From the NCBI GenBank assembly GCA_040220235.1, contig JAVJTO010000112.1: DNA of 64,000 nucleotides. The stretch is one strand, 5' to 3'. Below the pieces are notes generated by a model that worked only from the letters and a program-made list of their open reading frames with translations, was not told the origin of the DNA and did not search any database. Within the stretch, counting starts at the first letter, position 1. The number at the start of each line of letters is the position of its first letter. Shown here piece after piece: positions 41,023 to 50,331 of this stretch. Source of the DNA: Coleofasciculus sp. B1-GNL1-01 (lineage in GTDB: Bacteria; Cyanobacteriota; Cyanobacteriia; Cyanobacteriales; Coleofasciculaceae). The position numbers were made by a program, and so were the translations under genes.

Positions 41023-41958
41023 TTAAGGTTTAATGGTGGAGGCTAATTTCCGTTCCATCGGAGGTAGATGATAATTATTAGAGACCTCAGAAGCCTTAAC
41101 ATCTGATAAGACAGTCATTGGATGAGCTGGCGACAGATGAGAGGGTGGCATTTGCTTCCTTTCTTGGACTTTCAGCAAAATTAAGTATTCATAAAACGCT
41201 TGTAAGGTACACCAAGCCATTCCTGCTTTGCCATCCAGACAACCACCCAGGAAGAAGTACATATAAATCCACCGTAACAGGGGTCTAAAAGGTAAACGTA
41301 GGGATAAATCTTTGAGCGCTCGACGCCGTTCAACTTCTGATCGACCAAAGAATAAGTTCCACCAATTGACATTTCCCTGTTCTAACTGACGGACTGTCTC
41401 AGCCGCTTCATCGGTGGAGTAGCGATTGTGCTTCTCTATCCAACGACTCAAGCCTTTACTACAGGTATAGTGGGGATAGGTTTCTTGTAGAAAACTGGTT
41501 GCTCCATTACAAACTTCCCGTTCCGTGTGACCGTAGTCTGTGAACCAAACCTTTCCTTTTTGGAAAAGACGCATTTGGTAACGAGGATACTGGGTGCTGT
41601 GGCGAATCCATTTCCCCATAAACATTACTCGTTCTGCTACATAATAGCCAACCGCATCTGGGTGTTTTATTGCCGCTAAACACTCTTGAAACAGTTGAGG
41701 AGTCATTCGCTCATCTGCTTCTAAGATATAAACCCATTGATACTTTGTGGGAATCGCTTCTAGCATCCAGGTTCGTTGCTTGCCATGACTCTCAAACTGA
41801 TGTTGCACGACACGAACGGGGTAGCGGGAGGCAATTTCTACAGTACGGTCTGTGCTGTAGGAATCTACTACTATGACATCATCCGATAGCTGGGCTGATT
41901 CAATGCAAGCCGCAATATCTATTTCCTCGTTATGGGTCAGAATGTAGATGGAAAACAT
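41023..41958 (-). CDS. Glycosyltransferase family 2
   Basis: ILTHNEE, VVDSYSTDRT, ILEADE, KHNRYS. Confidence 0.92.
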   Translation of the reverse strand: MFSIYILTHNEEIDIAACIESAQLSDDVIVVDSYSTDRTVEIASRYPVRVVQHQFESHGKQRTWMLEAIPTKYQWVYILEADERMTPQLFQECLAAIKHPDAVGYYVAERVMFMGKWIRHSTQYPRYQMRLFQKGKVWFTDYGHTEREVCNGATSFLQETYPHYTCSKGLSRWIEKHNRYSTDEAAETVRQLEQGNVNWWNLFFGRSEVERRRALKDLSLRLPFRPLLRWIYMYFFLGGCLDGKAGMAWCTLQAFYEYLILLKVQERKQMPPSHLSPAHPMTVLSDVKASEVSNNYHLPPMERKLASTIKP

Positions 41959-42547
41959 AAGTTAAAGAGTAAGTGAACGATTAAATGAGTGGCAGATTCA
42001 TTTACATAGCCTAGTAATGCTACCTTGGAAATCAAAATTTATAGTGTAGAGGCAGGTGTAAGCCGTTTAAGAGAGCCTCAAACCGATAACTTCTCAATAA
42101 AACCCGCCCTTAGTCATAAATCAAAAGTCTGCCCTGAGCATCGTCGAAGGCTCAAAAGAATTGTTTTACACTAAATATATTTTGATAGGTTTTCTATCCC
42201 TGTGTCTAGGTCTATTCCCAATCTTTGTCCAATCTTTACATTGGCTTACTCAGTCTAACATTTCAGCCAAGTCGCTTCCGCCAGGCTAGGTGAGGTATAG
42301 CGCTACGCGCTAGGCTTTCTTGCAATAGGCAACACCTCGGACTTCGGCGTGAGCGCGGCAACTGAGCCTGTCGAAGTTTAGTCGAACGCTTACCTCGATG
42401 GTCAGTGAGCCTAGTCGAACTGCGCTCGGTAACACGCTCGGTGTGTCTTATGCAATCGTGAAGAAAAACGCTTATTCATCAGAGGATGTCAACTTGGCTT
42501 CATGGCATACAATGGAAAGGCTGTGCAAAATTCGCTAACTGACAACC

Positions 42548-42721
42548 ATGGCTGTACCCAAGAAGAAAACATCAAAGTCAAAACGAGACAAACGTAGAGC
42601 TAACTGGAGACGCAAGGCATCATTGGAAGCGGAGAAAGCCCTCTCTCTGGGTAAGGCAGTTTTGAGTGGACGTTCGACGTTTGTCTATCCGACTGAAGAA
42701 GACGAAGAAGAAGAAGCCTAG
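42548..42721 (+). CDS. rpmF: 50S ribosomal protein L32 (not in ORF track)
   Basis: Translates to [57 protein letters not shown]. Confidence 0.97.
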   Translation: MAVPKKKTSKSKRDKRRANWRRKASLEAEKALSLGKAVLSGRSTFVYPTEEDEEEEA

Positions 42722-42867
42722 TGTAGGGTAGCAGGAGTTTGTGAACACCTGCGTTCAGGGAGGGAAGATGGGGGAGTAGAGACGTAGCCTGATACGTCTC
42801 TACACTCTAGCTAGGTCGGGATGGTTATCTAGACACGGTGAGAAGTCCTAAATTTTATAGTTGAACT

Positions 42868-43461
42868 ATGATCGGAAAATTTTTCCATAAACCAGAACCA
42901 GAACAGAGCGATCGCGTTCCTCCAGGTCAATACCTGACCAAGGGCTTCCCGGTTCTAACTTATGGTGAGACTCCCGACGTTAACATTGATGACTGGGAAT
43001 TTCGGGTTTGGGGTTTGGCTACACCCAAGACCTGGCGTTGGTCAGATATGATGGCAATGCCTCAACATGATTTCACCAAGGATTTCCATTGTGTGACCCG
43101 TTGGTCAAAACTGGATGTGCAATGGACGGGGATCAGGGTAACTGACTTTATGAGTCAGGTGGAACTCGACCCTAAAACCACCCATGTTATGCAACATTGC
43201 TATGGCGGCTATACCACTAATCTGACACTAGACGAGTTTGTGCGTGAGGATAACTTTTTTGCCCATACTCTGCTTGGCGAACCCTTACCCCCAGAACATG
43301 GCGGTCCTCTGCGCTTAGTGGTTCCCCACCTTTACGCTTGGAAAAGTGCTAAATGGATTAATGGCTTAGAGTTTCTTGACCACGAGGAATCAGGGTTCTG
43401 GGAACGTAATGGTTACCACCGCCGAGGTGAACCTTGGGCAGAAGAACGGTATAGTTTCTAG
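42868..43461 (+). CDS. Sulfite-oxidase-like molybdopterin oxidoreductase
   Basis: DFHCVTRWS, HGGPLRLVVPHLYAWKSAKW, GFWERNGYH. Confidence 0.93.
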   Translation: MIGKFFHKPEPEQSDRVPPGQYLTKGFPVLTYGETPDVNIDDWEFRVWGLATPKTWRWSDMMAMPQHDFTKDFHCVTRWSKLDVQWTGIRVTDFMSQVELDPKTTHVMQHCYGGYTTNLTLDEFVREDNFFAHTLLGEPLPPEHGGPLRLVVPHLYAWKSAKWINGLEFLDHEESGFWERNGYHRRGEPWAEERYSF

Positions 43462-43532
43462 TACAAGAAGGCAGAAATAATGCCAACAGCTAACATCTTC
43501 CCCATCTCCCTCATCTTCCCATAACTTATTCA

Positions 43533-43902
43533 ACTGAAGCCCCCCGTGCGGATGTACTACACCTAGGCTAAAGCCTTATTCCGTAGTGATTTGAGCGATT
43601 AAGCTCTCAAAAACTGTACCCATGTAAACTTTACCAAAATACCGCGATACGTTCCTTCGGAACAGGCTCCGCCAACGCGGTATTTTGGTAATATGACAAG
43701 AGATCGGTTGAAACCAACGCCAAATCAAGGTTTCAGCGATCATACATAAGTAGAGCGGCGGCTCGACGGCTCGACTGAGCATCGCCGAACGTCTGAGCGC
43801 GACTCGACTGAGCGCTCGCCGAAGGTCTCGCCAAACGTCTAAAAAATCGCGGAAAGCCTCACGGTGGGGCAGTTTTGATTTTTTGTCTGGGGGAACTTCA
43901 GT
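43533..43902. mobile_element. About 370-bp non-autonomous element with inverted ends and TTCA flanking duplication
   Basis: TTCA-ACTGAAGCCCCCC ... GGGGGAACTTCAGT-TTCA; internal palindromes and small repeats. Confidence 0.55.
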
Positions 43903-44232
43903 TTCATCGGCAACGTCGCCCCGGCTGTATGACACAGAGGCTGTAGGGTTTTGGCGGCGGTAGGCGTTGTGGCGATCGCAGCTAGGGGGTGAAAGTCTTG
44001 AAATAGCCACATAGGTCTTTAGAATTTAAATTGAATCATAGCAGTTAATGATCAAAAAATAAATTTCAGCACCGCTTCAGCCAAATTTCAGGATAAAAAG
44101 ACTGAAATTTAACGCACCATCTATGAAAGTTTTTATCGATTAATACCGCTACCTTACAGCAGTTTACAAACCTTTATTATAACGGGTGCAACTTATCAAA
44201 TATTAACAGGCAAAAGTTAAATCACATAACTC

Positions 44233-44261
44233 TGGACAAGTTTACAATACATCGGTACTAT
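44233..44261 (+). promoter_or_regulatory. Sigma70-type promoter overlapped by a LexA-box-like site
   Basis: TGGACA-17 bp-TACTAT; 44246-44259 reads AGTACCGATGTATT on the minus strand. Confidence 0.55.
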
Positions 44262-44307
44262 AAATAAGCAAAGGAAAGACTATTAATGTTAGGGGTAGAC
44301 TGAGAAT

Positions 44308-45090
44308 ATGGCTAGCACTCATACAGGTATCGAGTGGACAGACCGAACATGGAACCCCACAACTGGTTGCAACAAAGTTAGTCCAGGTTGTACCCATTGT
44401 TATGCAGAAGCACTAACTAAACGGTTTCATCAGAATTTTCCCAATGGATTTGATTTAACCCTGCATCGGGAACGCATAAAAGAACCCTTGCGTTGGCGCA
44501 AGCCAAGTCGCATTTTTGTCAACTCTATGAGTGATCTTTTTCACGAAGACGTGCCTATCGGATTTCTCAAAGACGTGTTTGATGTGATGGGTCAAACGCC
44601 GCAGCATATCTATCAAATTTTGACCAAACGACATGAACGTTTAGTTGAATTAGCGTCTCAGTTAGAATGGCATAACAATATTTGGATGGGGGTATCGGTT
44701 GAAAATCAGGACTATGTTCATCGGGTTGATTCCCTGCGACAAGTTCCAGCCAATGTGCGTTTTCTCTCTTGTGAACCACTTCTCGGTGATTTACATCTTA
44801 ATTTAACGGATATTCATTGGGTTATTGTGGGTGGCGAATCGGGAAATAGATATCGTCCGATGAAGTTAGAGTGGGCGCAAAGTATTCGTGATCAATGTGA
44901 GAGAAATAATGTTCCTTTTTTCTTTAAACAGTGGGGGGGTAGAACACCAAAAGCTGGAGGAAGAGAACTGGATGGCAAGATTTGGGATGAAATGCCATTA
45001 GCTTGGAAACAACACCAACAGCAATGGCGAAAAGATATCCCTGTATCTCGTCATCAGTCTACCAAACAACTTAAATTGGTGGAAAAGTAA
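44308..45090 (+). CDS. DUF5131 (phage Gp37/Gp68) radical-SAM-like protein
   Basis: IEWTDRTWNPTTGCNKVSPGCTHCYA (Cx6Cx2C), FVNSMSDLFH, QILTKR, WVIVGGESG, FFFKQWGG. Confidence 0.93.
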   Translation: MASTHTGIEWTDRTWNPTTGCNKVSPGCTHCYAEALTKRFHQNFPNGFDLTLHRERIKEPLRWRKPSRIFVNSMSDLFHEDVPIGFLKDVFDVMGQTPQHIYQILTKRHERLVELASQLEWHNNIWMGVSVENQDYVHRVDSLRQVPANVRFLSCEPLLGDLHLNLTDIHWVIVGGESGNRYRPMKLEWAQSIRDQCERNNVPFFFKQWGGRTPKAGGRELDGKIWDEMPLAWKQHQQQWRKDIPVSRHQSTKQLKLVEK

Positions 45091-46204
45091 CTCGTACTGT
45101 ATCGGCAAATGTGTTTTTCCGGCGCTTAGATGGTTCTGCTGTAATTTTGCCTTTAGCCTCTAGTTTTAGAAGAGCATCTTTGTAATTTTTCTTGATGTAC
45201 CCTTTACCAATATGATGTCTTTGATAAACCTCTATCATCGTCATTGTTTGACCGGCAAACTCATCTAATAACATATCTGTGAGTTCATCCAGTGGACGTG
45301 AAAGTTCAAAAAGTAAAGGTTGGAATTTTGTTGCCGGATTATACTCAAAAGATGGAACACCTTGCTCTGTTGTCGAACTTTCCTTTGCCATAATCTCTTT
45401 CATAATCTCATAACCTCTTACATGCTTACTGACAAAAATTAGATGATGGCTAGTACGGTTGCCATTTTCATGTCGAAAACGGAAAGGAAGCACATACTCT
45501 CCACCCATGTCTTTTAACGCTTCACAAATTTCTTCGACAATAGCGATTTCTTTGTTGGCTGGCTTTAGTATCTGCAATTTTTCTCGAAGTTCTGACGCAC
45601 GTTCTTCGCCAAATAGAGCATTTATATGATTTTTTACGGCATCGTTACCTAATCCCATATTAATCCGGTTGTAGTTAAAGAAAAATATACAGTCACAGCC
45701 CCAATTCTTAACTACAGAATTAATCAGTTGTAATGACAATCCTTTATATCCCCATGGATCGACAAAAAATAGAGTGGGAACCAATTTAACTTGTTCAAAC
45801 CTCTGAACTATCTCTTCACCAATTTCATGGTTTATAACAATGGGTTTATTTTTTAGTTTATTGATATTGTGAATTGACTGAATATTGTTCTGGAGTGACT
45901 GTGTATTATTTGCATCAGCATCATTAAAAAGCGTTATCAAGCGTTCTCTAAAATCTGGTTCTCGAATAGCAGTTTCCAGTACACGCAACGGTGTCGATTC
46001 GGAACCATCTTGATATCGACCAGGACCGGCAAACAAGTCAATATAAGCAAGTTTCAGCTTCTTTGACTTTGACTTTTGCTTTTGTTCTTTTTGTTTCAAA
46101 AATCCGATGATAACTTTTGCCCATGCCCAAAAGTATTTCTCAACTATTCTGGCTTTAACGAGTGATTGTTCCTTTTGTTCATCAAAAAAAGACGAGTTGT
46201 TCAT
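45071..46204 (-). CDS. tcmP: Three-Cys-motif partner protein TcmP (methyltransferase-like)
   Basis: YIDLFAGPG, FFVDPWGY; adjacent to DUF5131; possible winged-helix C-terminus. Confidence 0.88.
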   Translation of the reverse strand: MNNSSFFDEQKEQSLVKARIVEKYFWAWAKVIIGFLKQKEQKQKSKSKKLKLAYIDLFAGPGRYQDGSESTPLRVLETAIREPDFRERLITLFNDADANNTQSLQNNIQSIHNINKLKNKPIVINHEIGEEIVQRFEQVKLVPTLFFVDPWGYKGLSLQLINSVVKNWGCDCIFFFNYNRINMGLGNDAVKNHINALFGEERASELREKLQILKPANKEIAIVEEICEALKDMGGEYVLPFRFRHENGNRTSHHLIFVSKHVRGYEIMKEIMAKESSTTEQGVPSFEYNPATKFQPLLFELSRPLDELTDMLLDEFAGQTMTMIEVYQRHHIGKGYIKKNYKDALLKLEAKGKITAEPSKRRKNTFADTVRVTFPPI

Positions 46205-46303
46205 AGTAATATCTTAAATTGGATAATTCCAAAAACTATGTAACACTATTTTTTTGCCTAGTGGGTATTTTCCGAAACCCCGAATAAGACAGATGACTGG
46301 CTA

Positions 46304-47266
46304 TCAAGTTTGACCCATTTTAGCGGCTTTTTGAATCGTCTCCAGGGTTAACACACCAATTACCTTTCCTTCATCCATGACAGGCAATCTCTGAGTTCCT
46401 GTCTGTAAGAGGAGGGATAAAGCTTGACGCAAATTCTCGTCAGGTGCGATCGCACGATTATCCTGATGCTGATAATCTGGAGAAACTGGCTGCATTGCCA
46501 CCTCCACCCGCTGTAAACTTAACTGACGCAACAGATCATCGGCACCCATTAACTCCCGGACAAAATCATTAGCCGGGTGCGTCAAAATATTTAACGGCGT
46601 ATCAAATTGGACAATTTCACCCTTTTGTAAAATCATAATCTTGTCCCCCAGACGCAGCGCTTCCTCCACATCATGGGAGACAAAAAGAATCGTTTTATGC
46701 AGTTGACGCTGAATTCGTAAGATTTCGTCTTGCAAAGATTGGCGGGTAATCGCATCAATGGCACCAAAAGGTTCATCCATTAGCATTAACTTCGGATCAC
46801 CAGCCAACGCCCGCGCCACGCCAACACGCTGCTGCTGTCCACCGGATAACTGTGCCGGGTAACGATTCCGGTAAACTTGAGGGGGTAGTTCGACCAGCGT
46901 CAATAACTCATCAACGCGAGACTGGTATTTTGAGCGTGACCATCCTAAAAGCTTGGGAACAACGGCAATATTTTCTGCCACCGTCTGATGAGGAAATAAG
47001 CCCGACTGTTGAATCACGTAGCCAATTTGCTGACGCAGCGTCGTGACTTTCATTTTGCGGATGTTAACCCCATCCAGATAAATCGCACCGGATGTGGGTT
47101 CATACAATCGATTGACCATCTTGAGAACTGTGGTTTTACCACATCCCGATGGACCTAAAATAACGACCAGTTGACCCGCTTCAATGTCGCAGGTTACACC
47201 ATTTACCGCAGGTTGGGGCGTCCCGGGAAATTGGAGATGAACTTGATCAAAACGAATAGCACTCAC
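46304..47266 (-). CDS. Osmoprotectant ABC transporter ATP-binding subunit with CBS domain
   Basis: GPSGCGKTT, IGYVIQQSGLFPH, YPAQLSGGQQQR, MDEPFGAID. Confidence 0.9.
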   Translation of the reverse strand: MSAIRFDQVHLQFPGTPQPAVNGVTCDIEAGQLVVILGPSGCGKTTVLKMVNRLYEPTSGAIYLDGVNIRKMKVTTLRQQIGYVIQQSGLFPHQTVAENIAVVPKLLGWSRSKYQSRVDELLTLVELPPQVYRNRYPAQLSGGQQQRVGVARALAGDPKLMLMDEPFGAIDAITRQSLQDEILRIQRQLHKTILFVSHDVEEALRLGDKIMILQKGEIVQFDTPLNILTHPANDFVRELMGADDLLRQLSLQRVEVAMQPVSPDYQHQDNRAIAPDENLRQALSLLLQTGTQRLPVMDEGKVIGVLTLETIQKAAKMGQT

Positions 47267-47383
47267 TGATTTGGCTGATTTTTGCTAAGGTTGGCGAATT
47301 CTATTGTGGGATTGGAGTGACCAATGACAGATAAAAGGGTAATATTTCCTGACAAATGACCAATGACCAATGACCAATGACCA

Positions 47384-49081
47384 ATGACCAATGCTGACAT
47401 TTTAATTCTCTCCAATGGTCCGGGAGAAGTCACCACCTGGGTACGTCCTGTGGTCAAAGCCTTGCGCCAGCAGCTAGGATGCGATCGCGCCTTTGTCCGC
47501 ATCTCGGTGATTCTGTCTCCTTGTCCCAATGCTACAGGCAAAGAAGCCCAGATTGTTCAATCCTACCCCGAAGTAGACCGAGTGCAAGGGGCAGAGCATT
47601 TCTTTCCCTTTTTACTTTGGGGGAAAACTGCCGAAAATTGGGACTGGCGCGATCGCGGCGTGGTGGTATTCTTAGGCGGCGATCAGTTTTTTCCTGTCGT
47701 TATTGGTTCTCGCTTAAAATATCGTACTGTTGTTTATGCCGAATGGGATGCCCGTTGGCATCGCTGGATTGATCGGTTCGGGGTGATGAAACCCGATATT
47801 ATCGCCAAAGCCCCGAAAAAATATCGCCACAAGTTAACGGTAGTTGGAGATTTAATGGCAGATGTGGCGAGAGGGAGTAAGGGAGCAGAGGAGCTGGGGG
47901 AGCTGGGGAAGCAGGGGGAGCTGGGGGAGCTGGGGGAGCTGGGGGAGCAGGGGGAGCAGGGGGAGCAGGGGAAGCAGGGGGAGCTGGGGGAGCAGGGGAA
48001 GCAGAGGGAGCAGGGGGAGCAGGGGGAGCAGAGGGAGCTGGGGAAGCAGAGGGCGTTAACTCAAAACCCTGTCCTCGAAGGAAGTGAAGGAGAAGAGAAG
48101 GATCAAAACCAGGTTCCCTTCGAGCGAAGCGAAGGGTCAACACTTAACACTTCCCCAATTGAATGGATTGGTTTACTTCCAGGGTCAAAACCTGCCAAAT
48201 TGATTCAGGGAGTACCATTAGGGTTAGCGATTGCTGAACACATTCACAACGTTAGACCTCAAACCCGTTTTTTGATTCCTGTTGCACCAACCTTGGATTT
48301 ACCCACGCTAGCCCGTTTTGCTGATCCCCAAGAAAATCCCCTGATTCAGAAATTAGGATGGGGGGCGGCGAGATTGGTGATGCTAGATGGTGAAGATGAG
48401 GGCGGGTTTAGCCACATCAAGGTGACAGAGAACGATAGTAGTGAAACCCGCCCCTACACTCAAAACCAGGTTTCTTTGAGCGAAGTCTCTACATTATTCA
48501 GGGCGGGTTTTGAACCCAAGTTATCATCAATCGCGAAACAAAATTCCCTAAACCCGCCCCGACACTCAATACTCAAAATGGCGAGTGGTGTAACGGTAGA
48601 ACTTATAACCGAATTTCCCGCCCATGAGATATTATCGCAATGCTGTCTGTGTTTAACCACAGTGGGAGCGAATACGGCGGAATTAGGTTCCCTCGGTGTA
48701 CCAATGATCGTCTTATTACCCACTCAGCAACTGGATGCGATGCGGGCTTGGGATGGATTACCCGGATTGTTAGCCCGGTTACCGGGGGTAGGAACAAGCT
48801 TTGCCAAACTGATTAATTGGCTGATTCTGCGACAAGGACGCCTATTTGCGTGGCCCAATATTTGGGCAAAAGCGGAAATTGTCCCAGAAGTCGTGGGTCA
48901 ACTGAAACCTCAGGATGTGGCACAATTGGTACTTGAGTATTTAGAGCATCCCCAAAAACTAGAAGACATGCGATCGCGCCTACGGTCAGTCCGAGGTGAA
49001 TCAGGTGCCGCCCAAAAGTTAGCGCAATTGGTGCAAGAGGAACTTACTCATCCCCAACCACCAATGACCAATGACAAATGA
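47384..49081 (+). CDS. Lipid-A-disaccharide-synthase-related (LpxB-like) protein with two repeat-derived in-frame inserts
   Basis: [39 protein letters not shown]. Confidence 0.85.
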   Translation: MTNADILILSNGPGEVTTWVRPVVKALRQQLGCDRAFVRISVILSPCPNATGKEAQIVQSYPEVDRVQGAEHFFPFLLWGKTAENWDWRDRGVVVFLGGDQFFPVVIGSRLKYRTVVYAEWDARWHRWIDRFGVMKPDIIAKAPKKYRHKLTVVGDLMADVARGSKGAEELGELGKQGELGELGELGEQGEQGEQGKQGELGEQGKQREQGEQGEQRELGKQRALTQNPVLEGSEGEEKDQNQVPFERSEGSTLNTSPIEWIGLLPGSKPAKLIQGVPLGLAIAEHIHNVRPQTRFLIPVAPTLDLPTLARFADPQENPLIQKLGWGAARLVMLDGEDEGGFSHIKVTENDSSETRPYTQNQVSLSEVSTLFRAGFEPKLSSIAKQNSLNPPRHSILKMASGVTVELITEFPAHEILSQCCLCLTTVGANTAELGSLGVPMIVLLPTQQLDAMRAWDGLPGLLARLPGVGTSFAKLINWLILRQGRLFAWPNIWAKAEIVPEVVGQLKPQDVAQLVLEYLEHPQKLEDMRSRLRSVRGESGAAQKLAQLVQEELTHPQPPMTNDK

Positions 49082-49217
49082 CTATTTTGGAGTTAACGTG
49101 TCAAGCATAACCTTAGTAGTGATATCATCCTCCTACAGGGTAATCACATCACCGAGCGACGTTGCCCATCGTCTTCTGCTATTGGAAGTCCCTATTGTAT
49201 TGGAGCTGTAAGCTATC

Positions 49218-49766
49218 GTGAACGCGACTGAAACCCAAACCCTACCAGCGCTACAAACTGAAGTGTCTCGGCTTCGGGAAGAGTTACATCTGAGAGATCA
49301 GCTCGTGCAGCAACTCTCTCAAGAGCTATTTCGCTTGGTTAAAGGCAATGCGAACTTCAAACCGCCAGCCGAGGTTTCTGAGCGTCATCAAGCCCAAATG
49401 CGAGTCTTGCGAGAACAGTTGCAAGATGTGGAGCAGCAAGTCAGATTTTACCAAGAGCAGATTACGACTCGTGATCAAGAAATTTATCAGTTGCGCCAGT
49501 CTGTGCAAGAATTAACGGATCGCTCTCGCATGTTAGAGCAGGTGGTTCAGGAGCTACCCCAAATTTATCGCCAGAAGTTTGCTGAACGCATGGCACCAGT
49601 GAGAGAAAAGGTGAGCCGATTACAACGAGAGAATCGCCAACTTCATGCGGAGTTGCAAAGTGTCAGCTATCGACTAGCTGTCAGGAATCGCAATATCACT
49701 CATGTTGACCTACCCAGTTTTGGTCGTCCGACGAATAGCCCAATTCCTACATTTGGTAGCGTGTGA
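49218..49766 (+). CDS. Conserved cyanobacterial coiled-coil protein (Npun_F5560-like)
   Basis: RDQLVQQLSQELFRLVKGN; ELQSVSYRLA. Confidence 0.8.
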   Translation: MNATETQTLPALQTEVSRLREELHLRDQLVQQLSQELFRLVKGNANFKPPAEVSERHQAQMRVLREQLQDVEQQVRFYQEQITTRDQEIYQLRQSVQELTDRSRMLEQVVQELPQIYRQKFAERMAPVREKVSRLQRENRQLHAELQSVSYRLAVRNRNITHVDLPSFGRPTNSPIPTFGSV

Positions 49767-49826
49767 ACTGTCTGTGTTTGTTAGTCCGTTTTAGCTTGTA
49801 GGCTAAAGCGTCAGTCAAGTATGGCT

Positions 49827-49896
49827 AGAAACCGGGTTTCTCGTTAGGATGACAACGCCATATCAACCGAGCCAAAGAAACCCGGTTTCTTGACCG
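49827..49896. repeat. Dispersed AGAAACCGGGTTTCT...AGAAACCCGGTTTCT element; second copy 58914-58984
   Basis: Two similar copies seen directly. Confidence 0.85.
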
Positions 49897-50331
49897 ATGT
49901 CCTAGGCGGACTTTGTCGCGTGCATGTCAACGAGAGTAGGTTGGGTTGAGAAACGAAACCCAACTCCCTTGGTTAACTGGAACATTTTGTGCTGTCCCTG
50001 ACATGCTCCCACTTTGTTTGTGTAATGGCGCAATTTTAGCTGGATTCGCCGGAAACCCAAATCCTTACCACCCCAGACCCCATACCCTACACCCTGTCTC
50101 AACCAATAACCTTAAGTGCATCAGTCCTGATAACTTTCCTATCGTAAGGCAGATGTATTGAACAGACTATCTTCGTTGAAATGAAGGCAGGCAAGCTTAG
50201 GCTTTTGGGCTTGTAGTGCAGCCTAACCCAAAAAATCGTCAGAGATTTAGCCTCTAACCATTAGGGTTAGCTGGCTATCTTGCCTGTTCGTTTAATTTTT
50301 TCAATTGAAGAGAAAAGAGGAGTTCAACTTC

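Noticed and set aside
43576..44010. 144-aa minus-strand ORF
   Set aside because: Runs through MITE and small-repeat sequence with no protein-like motif; probably spurious
43930..44110. Possible orphan CRISPR leader with one repeat ending GACTGAAA
   Set aside because: Single weak match, no second repeat or spacer
47799..48143. Pro/Ala-rich and Gly/Ser/Arg-rich ORFs
   Set aside because: Alternative frames of the 9-mer repeat inside the LpxB-like gene
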